NCBI GenBank assembly: GCA_041389785.1
Contig: JAWKRH010000026.1
Coordinates: 1 to 24,000, forward strand
From: Polyangiaceae bacterium
Lineage (GTDB): Bacteria; Myxococcota_A; Polyangia; Polyangiales; Polyangiaceae
Direction of reading: 5' to 3'
DNA: 24,000 nt
The translations under genes were made by a program, and so were the position numbers. Positions 8,097 to 15,331 of the stretch are shown here, piece by piece. Numbering within the stretch: the stretch's first letter is position 1; every line of letters starts with the position of its first letter. A model generated the notes under the pieces. The model saw only the letters and a list, made by a program, of their open reading frames with translations. It made no database searches and was not told the DNA's origin.

Positions 8097-8843
8097 ATGC
8101 GGGCCCGCGTGTGGCTGCCCGAGGTGGGGGTGTTCAGCGCGATCGACGAGCTCGCGTACCACGACGCGGCACACGCTGTGGAGCTGGCCTGGGCAGAGTC
8201 CATATCGCTATGCGGACCCGAGCGGTGCTACGCGGTCCCCGGTCTGGGGCCCACCCTGACCGCCCCGCCTGTACCCGGCGGCGCCGTGTCGTTCGAGGTT
8301 GGCATCGCGACTGCTTCGAGCGCGGGGACGTTCGGGGCCTTCGCACTCGCGGCCGGCGCGATCATCACCGCCGCCGCGACGTACGATATCCTCACCCAGC
8401 TCGACCAGCTCGAGCAACCAACCGTGACCACGGACGGGGCAGCAGCCCTGCCGGCTCTGGCCGGGGTTGCCCGAGCGCCGCGGGAGGTGGCAACATCAGT
8501 GGCGGCGGACCACCGGCGCCCCCCACGTCGAGTTCTGGTGGTGGGGCGGTGCTTCGACGCAGGCTCTGATGGAGGGGACCCATTTGCGATTCTCCGCAGC
8601 CTACGAGGCCGCCAATCGCATGTTCGTACGGTGGGCTCGGAGCAACAGCTCGAGGCCATCTTCGATCAGCTGGCGTCCGGGGGCACGCCGGTCCAGAACT
8701 ATCCGGGCTGCGCGGTTCGGCTGTCGGACGGCACCTTCGTCGGAATCCGCCAGGGATCGGCGTCAGGTGGTCCAACGATCGACATCAACCGCGCAGGCAT
8801 TCGAACGAAGATTCACATCGAGCCATGGCCACCGAACCCGTGA
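8082..8843 (+). pseudogene. decayed orphan RHS tip + toxin tail (family C paralog)
   Basis: Collinear with 4019..4097 + 6296..6979 but carries several small indels (gcggtcgctac>gcggtgctac, gacgggggcagc>gacggggcagc, agcctgccacgagg>agcctacgagg). Reading needs at least 3 frame changes. Confidence 0.7.
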
Positions 8844-9192
8844 GCACCATCGTGAAGAGATCCTCAGGTACGGCGCAGACGACTGGGTAGACATGCCTGA
8901 GGTCTACGCGATCGTGCGAGAGTTCCGCAGCCGACGGCGCGACCCTTCGAGAAAGCAGGCGATCGCCGCCATATGTCGCGTCGCAGGCTCGGTCTCATGG
9001 AGGTGGGGACCGTCACGACGGCGGGCTTCGTGGGCAGCACAGAAACGGTGGCGTCGTTCGAGTCGCGCCTCCGTGCCGAGTGGGAGTGTGAGCTCTCCGC
9101 CCTTCGTCCCGGGAGAGATCTGCTGGCTTCGTCTCACTGAGCGAGGAGCCCCCATAGCTGAGAAAGCACTCGAGCGACGGCGTAGCGAGTGA
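8825..9192 (+). pseudogene. decayed immunity gene (family C paralog)
   Basis: Collinear with 6961..7332. It carries 1-nt and multi-nt deletions (cgtggaagag>cgtgaagag, gagaagctcccagaagcc>gagagttccgcagcc). Confidence 0.65.
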
Positions 9193-9220
9193 ACGCGGCT
9201 TCCGGCGCGGTGCTTTCAGG

Positions 9221-9548
9221 CTACCCGCCGCCGCCGCGATCCTCGCGACCGCCACCTCGATCGGCCTCGCCGCCAACCCTGACGACGCGCCACCCTGCGC
9301 GCGCGAGCCGCGCATCCCGCCTCGCGTCCGCGACGCGCCCGCATGATACCCGCCATCGACCTCGACCACGAGCCGCACCGAGGACGCCGCGAAGTCGACG
9401 ATGCAGCCACCGACGACGACCTGCCGCCGAAACACGACGCCGAGCTGCCGGCCGCGCAGCGCGCGCACACAGGCGCCCTCGCCTTCGCCGTCGGCGCGTG
9501 ACGCATGCGAGCCGCGTGTGCACGAAGGACCTGAGCGCGATCGACCAT
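9221..9548 (-). pseudogene. DUF559 endonuclease gene, frameshifted
   Basis: Starts MVDRAQVLRAHAARMRHAPTA, then loses frame. The FRRQVVVGGCIVDFAASSVRLVVEVDGGYHA segment is found in another frame (ORF 9013..9468). Confidence 0.7.
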
Positions 9549-9930
9549 GAGCACCTCCCGTCCCGGCGGGGCGCCGGGCGCAGCGACCCGAGCGCAGGCG
9601 GCGTGACGCGCGTCCACGCCTCGACGCGCGTGACGCGAGGAAGCGCGGCGCGCCGCGTGCGCGTCAGAGCGCGCGCCCGGCGCCCCACCGGGACGGGGGC
9701 ACGTTGAGCGCGTAACGCATGTATACGCATGCTTACGCGCTCGAGGGCCTGTTCGCGATGCTCCTGCCCTCGGCTCCACGCCCGCCCCCGCGTCTTCACC
9801 CCAAGCGATTCAGGGCCGGGTTAGGCCGCGTACGGTCTCCGCGCCCGCAGCGCGCAGCGCGAGGACGCGCTTGGGGAGCGGCGCGGCGAGACACGCGAGA
9901 GCTCGCGCCGCCGACCCACGCCCGTACCCA
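9549..9930. repeat. inter-cassette module, variant 1, decayed
   Basis: Collinear with 7697..8096 with many small deletions. The junction is reduced to cccgtacccaATG. Confidence 0.7.
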
Positions 9931-10677
9931 ATGCGGGCCCGCGTGTGGCTGCCCGAGGTGGGGGTGTTCAGCGCGATCGACGAGTTCGCGTACCACGACG
10001 CGCGGAGCACGTTAGGTTGGCTCGCATTCTCGGTCAGGTGGCGGGATCCGTACGGACGCGGTGTAGTGCCGCGAGGCCCGGACTTCCTGAGGTTGCTCGG
10101 AGACGCAGCGTTCGACAACGCAGCAGACCTTCGGGACTTCGCGGTCGCAGACTACCAGGCGGGGAACTACACCAGCGTACTTCCACGGGGACTGGCGTTC
10201 GACATGGCGCTGATCGGGGTGGCGGCGAAGGCGCTACCCGCGATCGACGACGCTGTCGCGATGGCGGAGGGCATAGCGCAGCCGCTGCAAGCTGGGGAAT
10301 AGCCCACGCGCCGGCGGCGCGCGCGGTACTGGGGCTCGACCCGCGAACAACGGGGTCTCGCCGCAATGGCAGCCTGGCGCACGACGCGCGCGTGCGGAAG
10401 ATCGCGAGCTCGATGAAGAAGAAACGGTGTAGAGGATGTTCGAGTGAACCAGCAACAGGTCGACGCGAAGGGCAACGTCGTCGGCCGGAATCGGCCAGAC
10501 GTGCAGGGGACCCACCCCGAGACAGGTCAACGCGTAAACATTGAGATCGACACGAGCGAGTCGGGCTCGCTGAGGCACCAGCGGGTGGTGCCAGCGAACG
10601 ATCCCGACGCAGTGAACACCTTCATCGGCATCGATGGCGAAGGTCGACCGACCTCGGCTACAACGAGGAGACCATGA
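9931..10677 (+). pseudogene. decayed orphan RHS tip + pre-toxin module + toxin tail (family E/G paralog)
   Basis: Collinear with 13729..14484: MRARVWLPEVGVFSAIDEFAYHDARSTL.., VRWRDPYGRGVVPRGPDFLRLLGDAAF.., and NQQQVDAKGNVVGRNRPDVQGTHPETGQRVNIEIDTSE in ORF 10444..10677. Several indels break the frame. Confidence 0.7.
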
Positions 10678-11282
10678 CGCGGCTGTCTGCGCATCTTCAT
10701 GAAATCTGCGCCTTGAGGCGGACCTGACGCGAGCGGCGGACACAAACGAAGCGTGGATGGGGATGCCGCGGACCCGTCCAGCGTTGCGGAATCGCGGAGC
10801 CGACGAGGCACTCGCGCGCCTACCTGCTGGCGTCGTTTGCGAGTCGTTACCTGCACGTCCCATGGGCAGGGTGGACACTTGTCCTCCGGAATAAGCGTGT
10901 TATCGCGGCCGACGATGTCCTCTTCTCGTTGTCCAAAGAGCTGGCGTGTCGTGGCATGTACGGATCGTGGGCGACGAACGGCTGCATGTGGCGCGTGGTG
11001 GAGAACGGGGAGCTGCGGCGTGCGGTGCACTGCTTCTTGATCTTCGGATCGGTGGGAGTTCTGGTGGGAGCTCGCTACCCGTTCGAGCATCCGAGCTCTA
11101 CGAGAAGCGACGAAAGAAGGATCGGATGCCACCTGCGGTCGTGCTCGAGTACCTCGAGCAGGTGATGGGCGTGCCCCCACCCGATCGGCGGAGCCTCCTG
11201 TCGCAGGAGACGGTGCTTCGAGCGGTCGACGCACAAGCTGCGTCGCCCGATCGAGGAGTATGCGGTCGAGGTCGACATCTAG
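10674..11282 (+). pseudogene. decayed immunity gene (family E/G paralog)
   Basis: Collinear with 14481..15101. Same ATGA start and same TAG end context, but fragments lie in three frames (for example ORFs 10929.. and 10946..). Confidence 0.65.
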
Positions 11283-11512
11283 CCAGCCGATGCCGCGGGC
11301 GGAAGCCCGCTGCACCGTTGGAAGCGCTCATCGCCAGCACGTGCTGCGGATGTACATACACGCAGTGACGCCCTGATTCAGCGGGTGAGAGAGCCGCGGA
11401 GGGGTCTCCCCCGTCCGCCTGCAGCGCGAAGCGCGAAGCCGGACTTGGGGGAGCGGCATGGCGAGACACACGCCGCATCGCGCCTGTGAGCCATGCCCGT
11501 GGGGGCAACTCC
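11283..11512. repeat. inter-cassette module, variant 2 (no DUF559)
   Basis: Contains GGATGTACATACACGCA, TGATTCAG, P-a (CTCCCCCGTCCG/CGGACttGGGGGAG), P-b (GGCATGG/CCATGCC) and the junction CGTGGGGGCAACTCCA. Identical to the 15102..15331 copy over the helices. Confidence 0.8.
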
Positions 11513-12926
11513 AGCGCTGGACCGCCTCACGAGCGTCACGCGAGAGGTGGGCGGCGCGCCCGTCGCGCTCGAGACGTACGCGTTCAACCGCCTCGGCGCC
11601 TTGAAGACCCACGCGGGCGCGCCCGTAGACGACCAGCGCCCGCGGCTCGACGGTGGAGGCCTCGCAGACGCGGCCGTGCCGGCCACGGCGGGAGGTCAAC
11701 CCATCACGGTCGACGCGGCGGGCCGCCTCACCGCGCTGCGCGGAGTGAGCCTGGGCTACTCAGGCATGGGCTACCTGATCGAGGCGGCCCCACCCATCCC
11801 CGGGGTGTCGCAGCACTTCTTGATGGATGCCTCGATGCGTCGAGTGCTCAAGGCGAGCGCCGACGGAGCAGAGGTAGAGCGGTACGCGTACGAGGGAGCG
11901 AACCGCGTGGCGGTCCTCGACCGCTTCGGAACCGTGACCGAGTCGACGCTGTTCGACGGGGTGGATCACCTGCTGCGCATGCGCAGGGGCGCGACGACCG
12001 TCTTCTTCGAGCTCGATCTCGCCGGCAACGTACGGCGACTGCGCGGTGCGGGTGGCGTGGACCTCGGCGGGTACAGGTACTCGGCGTTCGGCAGGCAGCT
12101 CGAGGACACCGCGAGCGCGAGCTTCGCGCAGCCGTTCCGGTGGAAGGGGCGGCCGCGCGATGTGCTGGGCGGGGTCGAGACGTATGACATGCGGGCGCGC
12201 GTGTGGCTGCCCGAGGTGGGGGTGTTCAGCGCGATCGACGAGCTCGCGTATCAGGACGCGCGGAGCACGCTGTGGGGTTGGCCCGGGCAGAGCCCGTATC
12301 GATATTCGGACCCGAGCGGTCGCTGCCCCGCCTGTGTCGCGGCGTTGGTGACCCTCATCGGCTTCGGCGTGGCGGCGCCGTCCGACACAGCGAGTGCTCC
12401 GGCGGACCTTCCTGGAATGATGGCGGCGGTGCCCGGGCTGGGCCAGGCGGCCGGGGCCGGGCTCCGGGGCATCGCCGGCTTCTTGGCGCCCTACGTGGAG
12501 CGGACCGCGCCAGGCCTCGCCAACGCGCTGCGAGGCGCCCCGCGCGCGAGCGCCGCTGCGGAAGCAGCTGGGGGCAGTTGCGGCGGGGGCGTGGCAGCTG
12601 GCGGGGCTGCGCCTGGAACGATCGCACAAATTGCCGAGGGCAAGAGTATCCAGGGAGGAGTGCGGGCGCTCAACGAGGCGGGCGCCTCGCAACAGGAGGC
12701 GGTGCAAGCCTTGACGCAAATCGTTGCCAACTCTGGTCGAGAGCTTATTCAGACGACGGTGCAGGGCGAGGCCGGCAGCGTAGGTCTAGCAGGTGTTCAG
12801 TTCGTCCACGGCGGAGCAACCAAGGCCGTGGTCGTTGGCGCAGACGGCGTCGCTAGGTACGGCTCTGCGACCGCCACGTATTCGGCGGACGGCTCGCTCG
12901 TGCTCTCGAACTTCGTTCCGTACTGA
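11493..12926 (+). CDS. long orphan RHS protein: ~230 aa of YD-repeat shell + core tip + toxin tail (family B/F)
   Basis: 477-aa intact ORF. YD-type repeats (VERYAYEGANRVAVLD, GGYRYSAFGRQ, FAQPFRWKGRP), the tip motif ..YDMRARVWLPEVGVFSAIDELAYQDARSTLWGWPGQSPYRYSDPSGRC, a hydrophobic linker, then a ~130-aa tail of unknown fold ending SLVLSNFVPY. The start could be ATG 11493 or the conserved GTG 11499. Confidence 0.85.
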   Translation: MPVGATPALDRLTSVTREVGGAPVALETYAFNRLGALKTHAGAPVDDQRPRLDGGGLADAAVPATAGGQPITVDAAGRLTALRGVSLGYSGMGYLIEAAPPIPGVSQHFLMDASMRRVLKASADGAEVERYAYEGANRVAVLDRFGTVTESTLFDGVDHLLRMRRGATTVFFELDLAGNVRRLRGAGGVDLGGYRYSAFGRQLEDTASASFAQPFRWKGRPRDVLGGVETYDMRARVWLPEVGVFSAIDELAYQDARSTLWGWPGQSPYRYSDPSGRCPACVAALVTLIGFGVAAPSDTASAPADLPGMMAAVPGLGQAAGAGLRGIAGFLAPYVERTAPGLANALRGAPRASAAAEAAGGSCGGGVAAGGAAPGTIAQIAEGKSIQGGVRALNEAGASQQEAVQALTQIVANSGRELIQTTVQGEAGSVGLAGVQFVHGGATKAVVVGADGVARYGSATATYSADGSLVLSNFVPY

Positions 12927-12940
12927 GTACGCTTGCCCCC

Positions 12941-13339
12941 ATGAGCATCCCCCCGAACATCTCCCATCGCATTGAGCGTGCGATCGGCATGTTGGAGCCC
13001 GAGCCGCTCGGGCACGTCAACTACGAGGGGCGGCGGCATCGAGCGCTTCCGCTCTTCGGCACGGTGGGTGAAGTTTGGCTGCTCCGGCCCGACGGCACAC
13101 TGTGGAGAGCAGACTCCGACGCGGGGCTGCCACTGGAGCCTCTCCCCGCAGAGCTGCACACGATGGCGCTCGTCGCTGGCTCGCTGCGATATCCTTGGCT
13201 TGGCGCGTTGCTGCCCGTGCGACCGCTTGGAGCCATCGAGTGCGGAACTTGCGACGGGGCGGGAAGGTTGGGCGCGACGAAGACGGTCTTCTGCAACACC
13301 TGTGGCGCGCTTGGGTGGCGCCCGCCGCCACCCGGGTGA
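12941..13339 (+). CDS. putative immunity protein with DnaJ-type zinc-finger pair
   Basis: Identical protein to 3247..3645. It follows the intact toxin by 14 nt. Confidence 0.75.
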   Translation: MSIPPNISHRIERAIGMLEPEPLGHVNYEGRRHRALPLFGTVGEVWLLRPDGTLWRADSDAGLPLEPLPAELHTMALVAGSLRYPWLGALLPVRPLGAIECGTCDGAGRLGATKTVFCNTCGALGWRPPPPG

Positions 13340-13358
13340 GCACTCCTGGTTGACGGTC

Positions 13359-13456
13359 GCGCCGCGCAGCGCGCGCCATACGCGCTCCTCGCTCGCCGTC
13401 GGCGCGTGACGCATGCGAGCCGCGTGCGCACGAAGTAGTTGAGCGCGAGCGACCAT
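13359..13456 (-). pseudogene. DUF559 endonuclease 5' stump
   Basis: Same truncated form as 3666..3761 (MVARAQLLRAHAARMRHAPTASEERVWRALRG..). Confidence 0.7.
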
Positions 13457-13728
13457 GAGCCCCACCGGGACGGGGGCACGCCGGAGCGAGCGCACACTGC
13501 ATGTGTACGCACGCTTACGCACTCGAGTGACTGTTCGCGATGCTGCCGCCCTCGGCATACGCCCGCCTCCGCGCGTCTTCACCCCATGATTCAGGGCCGG
13601 CGCTAGGGCCGGGTACGGGTCTCCCCCGCGCGCCCGCAGCGCGGAGCGCGAGGACGCGCTTGGGGGAGCGGCGTGGCGAGACACGCGAGAGCTCGCGCCG
13701 CTGACCCACGCCCGTGGGGGCAACTCCA
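13457..13728. repeat. inter-cassette conserved module, variant 1 (short form)
   Basis: P-a is 13621-13632 paired with 13655-13668. P-b is 13670-13676 paired with 13706-13712. The conserved GTG is at 13714. Confidence 0.85.
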
Positions 13729-14484
13729 ATGCGGGCCCGCGTGTGGCTGCCCGAGGTGGGGGTGTTCAGCGCGATCGACGAGCTCGCGTACCACGACGCG
13801 CGGAGCACGCTGTGGGGTTGGCCCGGGCAGAGCCCGGTCAGGTGGCGGGATCCGTACGGACGCGGTGTAGTGCCGCGAGGCCCGGACTTCCTGAGGTTGC
13901 TCGGAGACGCAGCGTTCGACAACGCAGCAGACCTTCGGGACTTCGCGGTCGCAGACTACCAGGCGGGGAACTACACCAGCGCGTACTTCCACGGGGGACT
14001 GGCGTTCGACATGGCGCTGATCGGGGTGGCGGCGAAGGCGCTACCCGCGATCGTCGACGCCGTCGCGATGGCGGAGGGCGGCGGGCGCAGCTGCAAGTTG
14101 GGGAACAGCCCACGCGCCGGCGGCGCGCGCGGTACTGGGGCTCGACCCGCGAACAACGGGGTCTCGCCGCCGCACGGCAGCCCGGCGCACGACGCGCGCG
14201 TGCGGAAGATCGCGAGCTCGATGAAGAAGAACAAGTGGGAGGATGTTCGAGTGAACCAGCAACAGGTCGACGCGAAGGGCAACGTCGTCGGCCGGAATCG
14301 GCCAGACGTGCAGGGGACCCACCCCGAGACAGGTCAACGCGTAAACATTGAGATCGACACGAGCGAGTCGGGCTCGCTGAGGCACCAGCGGGTGGTGCCA
14401 GCGAACGATCCCGACGCAGTGAACACCTTCATCGGCATCGATGGCGAAGGTCGACCGACCTCGGCTACAACGAGGAGACCATGA
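13714..14484 (+). CDS. short orphan RHS tip + pre-toxin module + toxin tail (family E/G; possible PD-(D/E)xK-like nuclease)
   Basis: Intact 256-aa ORF from the conserved GTG (MGATPMRARVW..; alternative ATG 13729). Contains VRWRDPYGRG and the shared module PRGPDFLRLLGDAAF..GGGRSCK. The tail reads HDARVRKIASSMKK..GRNRPDVQG..GQRVNIEIDTSE. The fold assignment is weak. Confidence 0.75.
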   Translation: MGATPMRARVWLPEVGVFSAIDELAYHDARSTLWGWPGQSPVRWRDPYGRGVVPRGPDFLRLLGDAAFDNAADLRDFAVADYQAGNYTSAYFHGGLAFDMALIGVAAKALPAIVDAVAMAEGGGRSCKLGNSPRAGGARGTGARPANNGVSPPHGSPAHDARVRKIASSMKKNKWEDVRVNQQQVDAKGNVVGRNRPDVQGTHPETGQRVNIEIDTSESGSLRHQRVVPANDPDAVNTFIGIDGEGRPTSATTRRP

Positions 14485-15101
14485 CGCGGCTGTCTGCGCA
14501 TCTTCATGAAATCTGCGCCTTTGAGGCGGACCTGACGCGAGCGGCGGACACAAACGAAGCGTGGATGGGACGTTACGGACCCGTCCAGCGTTGGCGGAAT
14601 CGCGGAGCCGACGAGGCACTCGCGCGCCTACTTCCGCTGGCGTCGTTTGCGAGTCGTTACCTGCACGTCCCATGGGCAGGGTGGACACTTGTCCTCCGGA
14701 ATAAGCGTGTTATCGCGGCCGACGATGTCCTCTTCTCGTTGTCCAAAGAGCTGGCGTGTCGTGGCATGTACGGATCGTGGGCGACGAACGGCTGCATGTG
14801 GCGCGTGGTGGAGAACGGGGAGCTGCGGCGTGCGGTGCACTGCTTCTTGGATTCGGATCGGTGGGAGTTCTACGAGGAGGGAGCTCGCTACCCGTTCGAG
14901 CATCCGGAGCTCTACGAGAAGCGACGAAAGAAGGATCGGATGCCACCTGCGGTCGTGCTCGAGTACCTCGAGCAGGTGATGGGCGTGCCGTTCCCACCCG
15001 ACTGGCGGAGCCTCCTGTCGCAGGAGACGGTGTGCCTCGAGCGGTCGACGCACAAGCTGCGTCGCCCGATCGAGGAGTATGCGGTCGAGGTCGACATCTA
15101 G
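14481..15101 (+). CDS. putative immunity protein (family E/G)
   Basis: 206-aa ORF with ATGA overlap on the toxin stop. No recognisable domain. Confidence 0.72.
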   Translation: MTRLSAHLHEICAFEADLTRAADTNEAWMGRYGPVQRWRNRGADEALARLLPLASFASRYLHVPWAGWTLVLRNKRVIAADDVLFSLSKELACRGMYGSWATNGCMWRVVENGELRRAVHCFLDSDRWEFYEEGARYPFEHPELYEKRRKKDRMPPAVVLEYLEQVMGVPFPPDWRSLLSQETVCLERSTHKLRRPIEEYAVEVDI

Positions 15102-15331
15102 CCAGCCGATGCCGCGGGCGGAAGCCCGCTGCACCGTTGGAAGCGCTCATCGCCAGCACGTGCTGCGGATGTACATACACGCAGTGACGCCCTGATTCAG
15201 CGGGTGAGAGAGCCGCGGAGGGGTCTCCCCCGTCCGCCTGCAGCGCGAAGCGCGAAGCCGGACTTGGGGGAGCGGCATGGCGAGACACACGCCGCATCGC
15301 GCCTGTGAGCCATGCCCGTGGGGGCAACTCC
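15102..15331. repeat. inter-cassette module, variant 2 (no DUF559)
   Basis: P-a is 15225-15236 paired with 15259-15272. P-b is 15274-15280 paired with 15310-15316 and contains ATG 15312. The conserved GTG is at 15318. Confidence 0.8.

Noticed and set aside
6949-8097. Very long antisense ORFs: 382 aa here, plus 47..970, 2234..3025, 3327..4097, 4185..5054, 5417..6151, 11760..12719 and 12797..13729 on the minus strand.
   Set aside because: They are Arg/Ala/Pro-rich shadow ORFs, typical of the opposite strand of high-GC genes. They run straight across boundaries of recognisable genes, modules and even DUF559 in a different frame. They carry no recognisable motifs.
13457-13728. The module as a retron msr/msd, a group II intron end or a DGR template.
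   Set aside because: No reverse-transcriptase ORF exists anywhere in the window. There is no GUGYG or domain V-like consensus, and no adenine-specific mismatch pattern between repeat pairs.
13515-13729. Recurrent minus-strand peptide (M)ELPPRAWVSGASSRVSRHAAPPSASSRSALRARGGDPYPALAPALNHGVKTRGGG, encoded by every module copy; a possible small conserved protein.
   Set aside because: It starts only at a TTG in the track and has no conserved stop or length (it fuses to different antisense sequence in each copy). Between the two module variants the changes occur as paired compensatory substitutions in helices, not as synonymous changes.
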